DNA of 64,000 bases from the human T2T-CHM13v2.0 reference genome, Homo sapiens (GCF_009914755.1 NC_060935.1), one strand, 5' to 3'. Numbered from the stretch's first letter, positions 39,743 to 53,699 are shown. Notes: a model not told the origin generated them from the sequence alone. A program made the numbers and translations.

Positions 39743-41947
39743 CTGCCTTTTATTCTTGGCTTCCCTATGGATTCAGTCAATGGCTTTGAACCTCAGACTG
39801 CATAGAGTCCCCAATTCACTGTTAGTCTTCATACGTTTGCCCCTTAGGACAAATGTAAGTAATTGGATTACTTCTCTCAGAGGCATTAGCATTTAAGCCT
39901 TAGCTCATTGTTGCCCTCAATAAATAAATTTCGAGCCTCAGAAAAGAGAGTTTCAGTGATGAAACGAGTGAAATAATCTTTGTTCTTTAAGCCACAACCC
40001 ACTGGTGGGACCTATTTGAAAGTAAGACAAAGCCTAGAGCATTCTATAGAGTAAGATAGAACACTGACTCGTACATTGTTCATCATAAATATGATATTCT
40101 TCTTACTAATTAACTAATTTAGTTTAATTTTGGCTCTTCACATTTAAAAACATCATCTAATTTGCAATGGGAAGGAACTACATAGATACTCTATTCCAAC
40201 AAATAAGACTTCCCCAAATCAAAACCTAGTAAGTAGATGATTCTCAACTAGAACACAAATCTCTCAAATTATTGACCCCATCTCTTTCCAAAATACCATC
40301 CTGCTACACTTGATCTCTTTTGATCCCCAGTAGTTTTTCATTATACTCCTTTCCCTGCATTGTTCTGCATATTGGTTGTATTAGTTTGTATTCGTGGATA
40401 TAAACTATCTAGGCAGTGAAGACTCTAAATATATTCTTCTAGCTACTATGTAGCTATTTCCAATGAAAGAGTTTCTTTGCTCCAATTATCTGAGTAATTT
40501 AAATACATAGAATCAATCTGAGTTTATACCCAGTGCTAATGCTCAAACCATTTTCTTCCTCCTTTCTGAGTAATAAAAATTTTAAAAGAACAGAAAAAGC
40601 ATTAAATGAATATATTTTTGCGGTCGTTTGAAGGTCTGTAATGAGAACAGAAAATACATAATTGAACACAGAGTAGTACAAGGTAAGTCATCAGTGTAAT
40701 AAATTGAAACACACAGTCGTGCAAAGTAATAAACTGGAACACTTTTGTATGAGGTCAGGTGTGTTGCTTTGAAGTTGAACTGCAATTTGCCTTCCCTAGG
40801 ATGGAACTGTCTCATGATTCTCCATGCTCATTGATCTACAGTCACTTAATGAGGCAAAGGGTGACCAACAGGTAATATAAGAAAATTTGTTATACTACCC
40901 ACAGGGCTAGAGATCAGCTCAAACCTTGAATATGCAAAATTAGATTTCTTTATTCTTGAGTTGATTATCAGACTAAGTTCATTTACACTGTGACATCTTA
41001 CAGGTGCCTTAATGTTGCCCCCTGACTTTTATTGCCTGTAAGTATATACAATAACACCAACCACAAATTTTTTTCCAATTGCTCAGTGAACAGCAGATCA
41101 GGGATCTAGTCTTAGCTTTACCAAGATTCAGTACATGAAGAAACAAACTTTTCTTCAAGGGCCCTAACTCAAACTGGCCCCTCCAAATCCTCATTCACTC
41201 CATATTCCACCATATCTTATAGGGCCATATAGAGCATGAAGAGGTTGGTGCAAGGGATGTTTTCTGGGGCCTTCTGGAAGAAGAGATAAAACCAAATCCC
41301 AGAAATTGTAATGTAGTTAAGAACCTACGGGTATAAAAAAAATTTGGCAGGTGTCTGAAAACAAGCAAAATCCAATTAGCTAGAGAATTCTTCCTGGAGG
41401 TGTTTGATGAACGTGCCTTCCAGCTGGGCTAGAACTGCTACTATAATTTTATTCTCTAATGACTCTCAGGGAGATCTCAGAATGTTTTATAAGCATTAAT
41501 GAAGCCTTAGAACCTGTCTTTGAAGAAGACTTGAATGAGCAGGATTTGGCATTCCAGATACGGAAGGGGCACGTGTTAGGAACAATCTAGTAATGATGCC
41601 TTTATTTGAGCTCTGTTCAGTTCTGGACATAAAGCTGCATCTGGTGTCTTAATTCATGGCACACTTTTTCATATCCGCAAATCTTCTCAGATAGCAGCAT
41701 AATTCCCAATGGCTTTGAGGACTTACCTCAACTGTTAATTGAATTATTCAACAGATGCCTTTGGAGAAGCTACTATGTATTCAGCCTGTATTAAGCATTT
41801 TAAGCCTTGAAATGGGGACCTGAGATAGTGAATCATGTCACGGGGAGAAAGGAAGGGATGTGCACAGAGAAGGACGGAAGGAAAGTGAGCCATGGTAGGG
41901 AAAAGTGGTCATTGAGGAGGAAGAAGACTTGGTTTGTTAAGACCTCC

Positions 41948-42253
41948 TTTTTTTTTTTTTTTTTAAAAACAGAGTCTCACTCTGTCACCCAGGATGGAGT
42001 GCAGTGGCAGAATTTCGGCTCACTGCAACCTCCGTTTCCCATCTCCCAAGTTCAGGTGATTCTCATACCTCAACCTCCCGGTAGCTGGGATTACAGGCAC
42101 CCGCCACCACGCCTGGCTATTTTTTGTATTTTTAGTAGAGATGGGGTTTCACCATGTTGGCCAGGCTGATCTCAAACTCCTGGCCTCAAGTGATGCACCC
42201 ACCTCGGCCTCCCAAAGTGCTGAAATTACAGGCATGAACCACTGTGCCCAACC
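41948..42253 (-). mobile_element. AluS (Sz-like), inserted at the tail of an AluJ
   Basis: Full dimer, ggcctcaagtgat. Confidence 0.93.
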
Positions 42254-42258
42254 TCCCC

Positions 42259-42568
<310 letters not shown>

Positions 42569-43631
42569 TAACTAACAGAGCACTTTTTTTCCTTATTAGT
42601 ATTAATATATCCAGAGGCTGACGTATGTGTAAGCTGGAGATAAGTGTCAATAAGACACTTCTTGCATTACCAGTTACACTTGGAAAATCAACCTCCACAC
42701 CCCTACCTGTTGTTCCAAGTTAAAAGCACTTTTTGTGAACTTATATATAAATTACTTCTTTCTTACTAAAGCAAAATTCTACTTGATTTAAGAGCAGCAA
42801 ATTAAAAACTTGGCATTCAATAGCAAAAAGTCTAAAGACTCCAAGAATGTTCTATTGCTGTTAGCAACTAATATTCTTTCAGAAGAAATCAGTGGTGCTG
42901 AGTGCATGACAAGCTTCTCCCTCATTACAGACCATTTACCATTTCGAGATGCTGCATATGTCAACTTGACCTCACAGTGACCTTTCTAAAACTACAGTTA
43001 CGACAGAGGAAAAAAGGACAATAAAAATACAGAAGCTGAATTTAGAACCAAAGCCACTTGGCTCAGTTTAGTTAAAGTTACTACTAATGAGGCCAAGGTT
43101 GAGGTTAAAGCCCCTGTCCAACTGCTTACCTTTCCCTATCTCCTTGACTAGATTCTTAACAAATCTGGCCATCTCAAGCGGGTACAGCCAGAAAGCAAAG
43201 GGACCATCTCCCAAGGAATTCATGGTACATGCCTTGCTTGGACTGGAGTTCAGGTTATCTCTTTTAGAAACAATGGTAATAATGGCTATTTCCACCTGCA
43301 TATTTTGGAAGTGACATTCTCCTTTTATTGTGGCTATCATGCTCCACCAAGAATTTTACTTTTTGTTCCATCCGAATACTATTTCTCCCATGCCTTCCTT
43401 CCCTTTCACCCTCAACAGAACTGACTGTTTTGATCTCCTACAATGAGGTGCCAGCAGCTGAAAATAAAAGGAACATTGATAAGATTCTATTCTGAAACAT
43501 ATAGAATCAAAAGGAGTGGGTTGTGTTGATCACACTGCCCCATCTAATTCTTCTCATATTTAATATGAGATTCCTTATTTCAAAGGGAAAGCCATATTTA
43601 TCTCTTTCTTTAGAGTCTAGTTCCCCTCATT

Positions 43632-43850
43632 AGTTCATTCATTCAACCACTCAATTAATACTTATTGAGTGCCAAACAGTGTACGAGACACGAGGACGAA
43701 ATGGTGTGCAAAGGAGCAAGTAAAATCCCTGCTCTGGTGGAACTTCCAGCCTACTGAGAGAGGCAGACTTAATTAAGTGATCACACAATTAAATCTAAAT
43801 TTTCCTGTGATAAATGCATCAGAGAAAAAGTACACAGTGCCTTGATCTAG
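43632..43850 (-). mobile_element. L2 3' end
   Basis: ttcattcattcaa...tacttattgagtgcc...tccctgctctggtggaacttcc. Confidence 0.7.
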
Positions 43851-46800
43851 GCAAGTGTGATTTCCCTTTGGCTGGGGCTGAGGTCTCTACATTTCTAAAA
43901 ATCAGTCTTGTAACTCTCCCTACTATTCAAAGCAATTTGATTCTTGGGTCTTTGGAAATTTGCACGGTAGTGATGTCTTTTTCTGTCCCCCATTATTTTT
44001 TCAGTGGTCAGTGGGGCCAGGGAGACTCCAGGGCTCTTATAACAATGTGGGGGAGTACAAAGTTCAAAGTATCTCTTGAGAAGACATACAATCTGGCGGC
44101 CGGCTCAGATCAACTATTTACTCACCCTGCAAACTTATACAATTCTCTTATTCTCTGTCTATAATGTCCTTACCTGTGAAATGGGCATGATAACTATCAT
44201 CCTCCTAGGATGTGTGTCACACTAATATGCATGGAAACAGTTTATAAATGGTGAAGTACACAAATAGTGTAGCACTATTATTATTTGTGTCATGAATATA
44301 ATGACAACAACAAGAAAAGCTGAAGGGAGTAAACATGAAAATTCCATGATCTTTTTCTTTTATCCCTTGTTTCCTGCCAGAAACTGAAAAGCCGTGGGTA
44401 GGAGCTCTTCATTTTTACCCAGGCAGACCTTGTCACAGTGTGAGCTTTCTAGCTTATGGTGTCCATAAATTTCCTACGCCAAAATTGGAATACATGATCT
44501 GACAAAGGGTTTTTTTCCCCCACTGATATATGGCTTTATTTCTATGAAAATCTACAATAATTACAATACTTTAAGATATAATTATAACGTTTCAACTTTA
44601 TATGAAAGAATAAAAGAAAATAAAATGGTATGTTCTGAGAAATAGTATGACTCAACCCTTGCCCCGCCTTTGTGAAAAATGATTGCAGATTAGAGTTTCT
44701 TCCAGTTCTGGTGGCTTTCAACGCGGGGTGAATAAATCTGTTCCCGTGGGCCACCTTCTGAAGGATGATCATCTAGGTTCTGAAGATGTTTATTTACCTT
44801 TGCCATGATTTAGAGGCAGACTCCTCCTTCACAGGTTCCCCCTGCCCTTTGCGGCTGACAACACATCCCTCTGGATTTATGTCGCTACCCAATAGCGGGA
44901 TTTGTGAGTCCAGATCATGTTTCCAGCACCACCCTGGATAAGACACATTTATCACAGCTGTGCTTCATCTTATTTGCATTATGGCTTTTAGTGTCTATAT
45001 TGTTAAAACCAACTGTTTTTAACTGTGGGCTGGGAAGTAGAGTGTCTCCCAGATCTGTCAGCAACACAAAATTCTGCCTTTAAAATCAGGAAAGCAGAAC
45101 TTAACAGTGCCCAACTACTGAATGTACCTCCACCTCCAGCCTTAACTCTACTGCCATTATATTAGACATCCGTAGAGGGAAGGCCCAAGGTCACCTTAAG
45201 ACAGCCTTATCAAAGAAGCCAGGCAGATGATGGATCTTAGAGTATCTTGGGCAAAGGGATCTTCCAGAAAGAGCTGCTCCCAGCTTGCCTTAGGTAAGTG
45301 GCTCTTTTGGAAATCTCAATATCAAAATATTTATGACCTGTAAGACATCAAATAACTTGAGCTAATAATGAGACAGAATAGATCAAAGGCAGAGCTGGGC
45401 TTCAAAAGCATCAAGTCAGTAAGATCAGGGTTATGGGGGTATGGAAAAGAGGAAGGATTGAATAGGCGAAACATCAACCTGGCTATGGCTTTGTGGTGCT
45501 TGAGCAATTTCCATATTTGCAAGGATGAAATTTTGCTGCTTGTCATCTGTGAAGTGTTATTTAATAAAACAAAACCAAACATTAAGTCATTCCAAAGACC
45601 ATTTGCAAAACAAATTGATTTCTTGCGCCTGGTTGCAAGCACTGAAAGGGAGATGCGAGTTCCTGGGATCATAAAGAATTTGTGTTTGTGTGTGTGTTTT
45701 TTGTTGTTGTTTTGTTTTGTTTCTTATGGAAACAACAAAACATAAGAAAATTCCACTTAACCTCAGTCTTAAGTAATATCTTAAATTTCTATTTCTGAAC
45801 CAGTCCTATGGTGACATCTTCCTAGGTGTCTGCTGAACTATCCCGCACTGCCAGGGTTATCATGCTCTCTGTGGTATTTACCACCATACACCTAATGCAG
45901 TCCTTCAAGAAAGGCTGCTCCAGCTGCCTCCTCGGCCACCACCTTCACCTTCACCGTAGAGCTTTTAGTACGTGGTGACCTCCCTACTTCTAACTCACAG
46001 CCTTCACTGAGCCTATCACTCAGCAACTGATCACACTCCTCCCTGTGACATTTCCTATCTTGTAGTCTTTGTTGTTGTTTAGTATTGGATTATTTAAATT
46101 TATTTTTATGATTTGTCCCAAAGCAAGACAGCAAATTGAGAGAAGGGATCTTATATATATTATATACCAATTAATTATATATTAATATTATTCACTAACA
46201 TTATATATTATTAATATTAATATATCGATTATAATATTAATGATATATTTACATATTTTAAAAGCAAAATTTGCTGGAGTAAATTTTGGATGTGACATTC
46301 TTTGCCAGACTATCTTGGGCAACTTACAAAAAATGCCAATGATCTAATTTTATCACTTTCAGTAACCCCATGCTAGCTGAGAGAGTACTTTGGGTGTAAT
46401 AGATGCACAGTATTTTTGTTACTTGCTGATAAACTCTGTTTGCATCCCTTGTAACACTATCCTGTCTGGGTAGATGGGTGTGGGGTATAGATCTCATGTG
46501 ATCTGGAAGGGCTACATTTGGACCAGGACATCTGGTGGCCAGGCTAAGTAGGAAGGGCTGCTCCAGAACGGTTATCCACAGGTAGCAAGAGCCCAGGAGA
46601 ACAGGAAAGGGCGTAGGTGAGAGGCCCAGGAATGATTGCGCCAAGCCCCAGCAGCATGGAGAGAAAGTAAATGTTAGATAGACAGGAAGGTTGGCAGTCA
46701 AGAGTTTCAGGAAAAACAGAGTGAAAAATAGAGTGAAAGTGACAGCAGAGCATAGAGCAAGGGAAGCAAACTGTTCAGAATTCAACGCATGGACTCTGGG

Positions 46801-48094
46801 CATGTGGTAGATGTTTCTTTTATGCCACTTATAATAACAACCAGAACAATGGCTAAGTGATAGATATTGCCTTAAAAAATTCTCCTGCCTAATCCTATGG
46901 CTTCTTTCACTCCCTTGCTAATTTGCATAGCGATTTTAAGGCTGTAACTGGGACATGACGGGTTTGTTATGAATAGTTCCTAGATATGGAGCCTCTTGGA
47001 GAGGCACGCTGGTGAGGATGCTATTTGGGCTTTGTTCTGTTTATTGGCCCCCAGTCTGCAGGTAAAACCCATCAACCCGGCTGCCCTGCTGACCAGAACT
47101 CAGACTCAAGAGGGAGTCCTGGGAGAAGGGCCTGAGAGGATTGATACAGTTCCATTTTCATGCTGTCAAAAACAACGTGGTGACTGTAATAAAGCTGGGT
47201 TTATCTCGTCTGAACGAGACTGCATTTGGAAATACCTAAATTGGAAGGCTTTCCATGTATTAGCATTTTGCTTGATGAATACCAAAGGAAGGAAGAGGTG
47301 GGAGAGAAACAGTCAACATTATTTGTAACCTTTGCAGGAGAATGAATCTTGATTTTTTTCTCTTCTGGAAGACTATTAGTTCCTTCTTTTTTTCTGCCAT
47401 GAAAAGTTGAGACTGAAATTTCTCATCTCCTGGTATCCTTCTTCAGCTGGCTGAATATTCTTGGGCTGAGTCTCAGAAGGAAGTTTGTTTTGCCTCTCCA
47501 GCATATCATACGCATTTAAATGATTAGTCTGTCTCTCTCTTTCTCTGTGTAATATGTATATTACACACACACACATGCGCGCACACACACACACACATTA
47601 TATATTTATCCTGAGAGAGTTCCTGTGGTTGAAGATGGACCTGGTCACAGCACAGCTGTTACTGCCCTGCTGTCTGCCTTTTAGCAAAACCACTCTGCAG
47701 GAATCCTGTTTGTGGAAATCCCAGCAAGTCTCTTGTTTCTCCATTCACAGGAATGAAGATGCTACAGCTTGTGCTTTCATAGATGCTCTGAACACAGATG
47801 TGTTTTCATCGTCTACCTTTTGGACTAAATCCAATAATAGTTACTGGTTCTCTAACACGGTTTAGCCAGTGGGCCTAGTAGAGACTGCAAGCTGAGCTGA
47901 GGTGTATAAATGGCCCCTTGAAGTATGGCCAAAAATAGCAATTGCCTTGGTGACTCTTAACTGACCTGTGCTCAGAACAAAGTTGCTAAAGGTGGGAGTA
48001 GCTGTGTTTTCCCTTCCCTGGCAGACATGGATGCAGCTGTGCCATTTGAGAATTCTTATTTCTTCAGTAACTTGAGCTGAAAGAAGAAAGCAGT

Positions 48095-48235
48095 TGTTAC
48101 AAATCCTATTATATAGATGGGTAAACTGAGGCTGCATGATTGTGCTGTACCCAAGGATCATCCAGGGATTTGCCAAAATCAGCTACAGAGCTGAGCCAGC
48201 TACCGGCTTCCTGACCCCAGACTGATGCCCTTAAA
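48095..48235 (-). mobile_element. MIR fragment
   Basis: atagatgggtaaactgaggct...cccaaggatca. Confidence 0.65.
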
Positions 48236-49510
48236 TTAGAGCACATGTGCTCTACCAAACATATTTACTAAATTTTACAATGAAAATAGGACACCAAGCT
48301 AGACTCTAAGAGTGGCATAGTTGTAAAATGACCTACCTTCAACTGTAACTATATATTTTGTGCCTTTACAGAAGTGGCAGAATTCTGAAAGCAGTGCATT
48401 GTGCCCCGTTCTTTATATCCATGGTGGTTTTTAGTCTTGCAGAGAAGCATTTGTAAGGATGTGAAAATCAGGGGAAAAGGGGAGGAGAGAGGACACTGAT
48501 TAAGCTCCTTCCGCAAGATCTGTACTGAATAATCTTCCATTTGTCTCAGGACCACCTCACCTTGGGTAGATCATTTAACCTCCCTGGGCCTCATGGCTTC
48601 TTGAAAAGTACAGAAGGGATAAAATGGGCTGATGTACATAAAGCATTTACAACAGTAGTCAACACATAAAATATTTAGGGTTATAATCGTATCTCTTATG
48701 ACCATCTACATCTCCAGAAAATAAAACTCAGAATTTTAAATACTTCCCAAGATTGCACAGCAGATAAGAAACTAGTACACACACCCAAGTCCAAGTCTAG
48801 AGGTTTAGTAGGACCAAAATGACATCTCTGAAATATTCTATGTCATTTGCTGAGAAACCTTTAAATTCTTCCATGAGGCACACATTCCAAAAAAGAGTAG
48901 GCGGATCTGACAGAGAAGGGAGGGGGCAGGGTTGGGGGAAGGACTTCTTTGATGGCCAGAAAGCTGAAGATTCATGAAAGAGCAGCCTGTAGAGAGCATT
49001 ACCTATTTAGCGCCACTGCTCCCTGGAGGAAAACAAAGATCTTTTCTGAAATCTACAGAAACCAAAATAATTAATGGCCCAATATATGGAAGTCTTTCAC
49101 ATAACATTTTTTACAGCTGAGCAGTCTCCATTTTAAGAATTCTCCTACACAGTATTTTTTAGCACATTTTCCCCAGTTGTCTCAATAATTCACTTGAGGA
49201 GCAACAGATTGTTCTTCTTTCCTATTAATTATAAGATAAATTATAATTTCAGTGTTTCAACAGTAGCTATATGGACACTGTGTCATTTCAGTAGGAGCTG
49301 ATTATTTTTACCTTTTCCATTTTAAGTTAATCTCTGGGTTAGGATGATCAACCTGCAGATCTTTTGGCATAAAATAAATCATCCATGGTAACACACTGAC
49401 AGACTTCTCTGTAGGGCAATCAAGCATCTTCCCAGGAGACTCTGGGCAAATCTGGACTTAAGAAATTTTCTGTAGGTAGCATGAGAAAGACAGGTAGGAG
49501 GCTGCCTTTG

Positions 49511-49918
49511 TGTATTAGACCATTCTTGCATTGCTATAAAGAAATACCTGAGGCTGGGTAATTTGTAAGAAAAGAGGTTTAATTGTCTCATGGTTCTGCA
49601 GATAGTACAGGAAGCCTAGCAGCATCTGCTTCTGAGAAGGCATCAAGAAGCTTCCAGTCATGGCAGAACGCAAAGGGAGGCAGGCATCTCACCTGGAGGG
49701 AGTAGGAGCAAGAATGGGGGCAGGGTGACACACACTTTTAAACAACCAAATCTCACGAGAACTCACTGTTGTGAGGATAGCATGAAAGGAATGGTGCTAA
49801 GCCATGCATGAGAAATCCACCCCCATGATCCAGCCACCTCCCACCAGGCACAACCACCAACCTTGGGGATTGCATTTCAACATGAGGTTTGGGCAGGGCA
49901 GATATACAAATGGTATCA
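49511..49918 (-). mobile_element. MSTA-like MaLR solo LTR
   Basis: tgtattagaccattcttgcattgctataaagaaatacctgag...catttcaacatgaggtttggg...tatca; TSD ctttg/cttgg. Confidence 0.9.
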
Positions 49919-52900
49919 CTTGGTTAACTCCAACAGGAGGTGTGAGATGTTGCTCTGTTTACTTCAGGGAGGGAGTCCAAGGCTCTGTCATGTGCCAATC
50001 TTCTATTCTCTCTATGATTCTCTTTTCAGCTGGGTTTTAGGTTTAGCACAAAGAAAAAAATAGGCCTGTTATTCACTTACTGCTATGTATTTCTTGAACC
50101 TTCCTAAAAGAAACAAACACACAAACAAATAAATAGCTCTCCTTTCCTTGTGTGGTAGGAGGTCTCTATGTATAAATTCCACTCCCAAAGGAAAACTAGC
50201 ATATCATATTTCCTAACAGAAAACTGTGATGAGGGGAAAAAGGACTGTGTCCAATGTCACATTAGATATAGGCTTTTTAAAAAATGAATGCATTGGAAAG
50301 CAAATATATTGGCACTCACCATAACCCTGACATTTTGACAAATACCTCAGTGTCTGCCTGTGTGATCAAATTAATTATCTCTGTGAGTTTCCTTCAAAGC
50401 CAGTCACCTCTGCGGCACCTTCCTCTTGGTTCTATGAACCCCTGGGGCCTGATGTGAGTATGCTGCTTGTATTCTAGAATTCTTTGCCACCTTCTTCCAT
50501 TTTGTCTCATTCCCCAGAAGAAAATCAGTTCAAGGAAGGCAGTGGGAGCTGGCTTGGGAGTAAGGCAAATATCCTTAATTGCTTAGTTTTGTTGGGGCGC
50601 TCTTTGAAGGGAAGAAAGCTTTGTTAGAGGGAGCTCAGGACAATTCATTTCATTCTCTCTTGAAAATTTAATTGAGAAGACTGTGTCCAGATGAGTTGCA
50701 TTGGCTGGTTTTAACTCTGCCATAGGAGAGACAGCTATAGAAGCAGAGGAAGCCACAATTCATTGGGATGAATACGCCTGCTGACCACATTGACACAAGC
50801 ATAGGAAATGCCTAGCAAAAAATAGGAAATGCTAGCAAACACTAGCAATCACTAGTTGTTGGTAGTGATGGTGTTCTGAGGAGGAGAAGGAGAGGGAGAA
50901 AGAAGAGTATTTTGATCCTGATAGAATCCTTTAAAGAAGATAGAGCTGCTGGGATTAATTTACCTTAATTTGCACTGAGGTATGAAGACACTGTCTTCAT
51001 TCATTTATTCATTCATTCAGCAAGTGTTCATTGAAACTTTACTGGGTCTCAGGCTATGCCAAGCACTGATAACACTAAAGACAATTGTCCCTCATGTTAG
51101 AGGCAGTTGCAGATTAGAGGTAGGTGCCTCCAACCTAAGGGACATGTCTGTTCTAAAAGACCTTCCTTTGTGTAGCACTTTCTAGTCTTTTGCAGGGAGA
51201 ACAGGATTGAAGGGAAGTTTGCGATCAGTTCTTCCTCATAAGAGAATAAACTAAAGGTGAGAGACATTGAAGGGAGTAGATGAGGAAAACAGATTGACGT
51301 GAAGAAGTGACAAAAGGCACCTAATCTGTGTTGGAGATCAGTTTCTGTTAATATCTTGAACATTCTCTGTCATTAGTCTGAAGCTATCCTATCTCCAAAA
51401 TTATTCATTCATATATACATATATATACACACACCCCCACATTTTTATGTGTGTGTATATATATATTTGTTACCAAAGCCAGGATAATTCAAATTCAAGT
51501 TATTATCTTTTGCCTGGATTGCTAACTACACTGGCTTCTACACTGTTCTTAATTCCAGGTTCACTCCAAATTCCCTTCTCTTCAGCCACTGGCATGAGCT
51601 GTGCGGGACCAATTATTTCCCAAGTGAATTCCCCCTTCCCAACTCTCCCCATTTGAATCTATTGTGCGTGCAACCACCAGATTAACCATATTATTGCACA
51701 ATTTTCTTCATGTACCTCCATGCTACGATTTTAACTGAAGGAATATCATGAGCGCCTGCTTTGTCTACTCTGTGCTCTCCACAGTGCTTTGTACCAGGTT
51801 CATCTACCTCCATCCCCTTATGCCAGTCAAGCTGGACTCCTGACTGGTCCCTGAATCCTTCGGGCCTTCCTGTCACTTGGCCTCACTTGTGTTATTTTCT
51901 TCCTCTGGAATAGTCCTGAAAATTCCTTTCTCTCATGCCTCTAATCATTTTATAAAGCATATCTCAGCACATCCTCTGTGCAGCTTTTTGGTACCTATTT
52001 TGTACATAGTACTGTCCTGACATGCTTTACCCTTTGAAACTATTCTGAAGACAACTGGCATATTCTTCCCCAAAGCTCCCCGTGGGCCTCAGATTTAGAC
52101 CTGACAGTCTGTGAGAACTTTTGAGAGGGTTGTGAAGGTGTCTTCTTTTCCCTGCCAAACTCAGCACAGTGCCCGGCACATTATCATATTATTACTAATG
52201 AAGTAAAAGAGCAAATTGATGGTGCACGCACAGAAACAACAACAACAAAAAAGCTTTGGAACTAGATGCAGTTGTTGACACCTGCCTTCTTCAACAGGAA
52301 TTGTCCTGTAAATGGACATGAACACTGCCCAGATGATGACAATTTTGAGGAACTGAGTGGGTGTGGTTTTCTTTGGTGACCTTCTTTCCATGTTTACTGG
52401 CCTCATCCTTGCTAGGCCAGTTTTAACAATCTGACTAGTGGCCTGAAATGACTTACCAGCATTTCAACAATGTTTGGTATAATGTTGTTGTTGTGTTTTA
52501 GTTCTTTTTTGTTGTTGTTGTTGTTTGTTTTTTAAATAGATTAAATCAATACATGACTGGAAAAGCCTGCTTGCTTAGGGCGTAACCCAGCACCCCTATC
52601 AATTGGACCATTATGTTCCTATTGACGGCATCTCTCAAATCCAGGTGTCTAGAGCTACCATCCACAGGGGGGCTCCAGGGCTCACCTGGGAACTGGCCAA
52701 CTGGGGATCTGGCTGAGCATTTTCAGGATGTATTATGCTGAACATAGGTCATAAACAGTGAAGTAGGTAAGGATCACTCACCCAGATGAGTATAGCATGG
52801 CCAGCCACTGAAGGTAACATGAATGCCCTGATGGTTTCAGCATCCCTGGAAAAAACAAATAAATGTGCAAGGCAAAAGGTAAACCAAGATAAAGCTCAAA

Positions 52901-53699
52901 TGCACCTACAGAAATTGCTGTCTTTGTTTTCCTTTTGCAAGGGGTTGCAACTACTCATGCTTCCACCTGCTGCAGAGGGGCAAACCTGCTCTTTTCAGTA
53001 ATTGAGGAAATGCTATGTGAGTGGCTCAAACCTTACCTGGACTCTTCCTTCCTGCATTTACTGACATTTTGAAGCCAAAACCCATTACCTTAAAATTGGC
53101 TAAATAAGGTCTTTCCAGTTAATTTTGCCTATAAAACAATTTTCCTATTCAAGAACACTGAACACCGAACTCCATCTCTCATAAAGAGGCCATTAATTCT
53201 CTGCTACTGCTCATTATTCTTATTAACTATTCGCAGACTTTTTGCTGGAGGCAAAATGTATCTATTAGAACCAGCAAATAGGGATTGCTAACATGCTGAG
53301 GCCAACGTCCTCACCCAGGCACTCAGCAAAGCCAGCGACATTGGACTCCACCAGCTGGGCTTGTGCGAAGCATCTGTGCCGTCAAGAGCCCGACAGGGAA
53401 GGTGGGAAGGCAGGCTGCTCTGGAGAGGGAGGCGTTGTTCAGATTTTCTTATTCAGAGCCCTCTGTCTTGAATGTGAAGAGAAAACAGAAGTTTTCTAAG
53501 AGTAGAAACTGATCACTTAAACTTTTCTTTAGTTATTTATATTTTTTAATGGGAAAAAATGGTTTATATGAGAAGAGGGTGAAAAAGAGAAGGCATGGTG
53601 CTCTGCTTCTGGCACTCCTTGTCAACTATAATAAAGTGAAAGAGATAGTAAAGAAATGAACATTTCTTGGGTAATTAACTTATTTAATTCTTACTATTG

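Noticed and set aside
46150-46260. Very AT-rich TA/TTA stretch
   Set aside because: Ordinary degenerate AT low-complexity sequence
46324-46803. 159-aa minus-strand ORF (also the 113-145 aa ORFs at 11589, 33805, 36822, 43814, 45331, 45368, 60964)
   Set aside because: No recognisable domain, biased composition, several overlap L2 relics; lengths compatible with chance in 64 kb of six-frame sequence
44479-47244. Isolated CArG boxes CCAAAATTGG (44479-88) and CCTAAATTGG (47235-44)
   Set aside because: About 5 are expected by chance in this window, and there is no tight supporting motif cluster
52661-52984. CTCF-like strings CCACAGGGGGGCTC and CTGCAGAGGGGCAAA
   Set aside because: Register shifts or several mismatches in the core make them too weak to call
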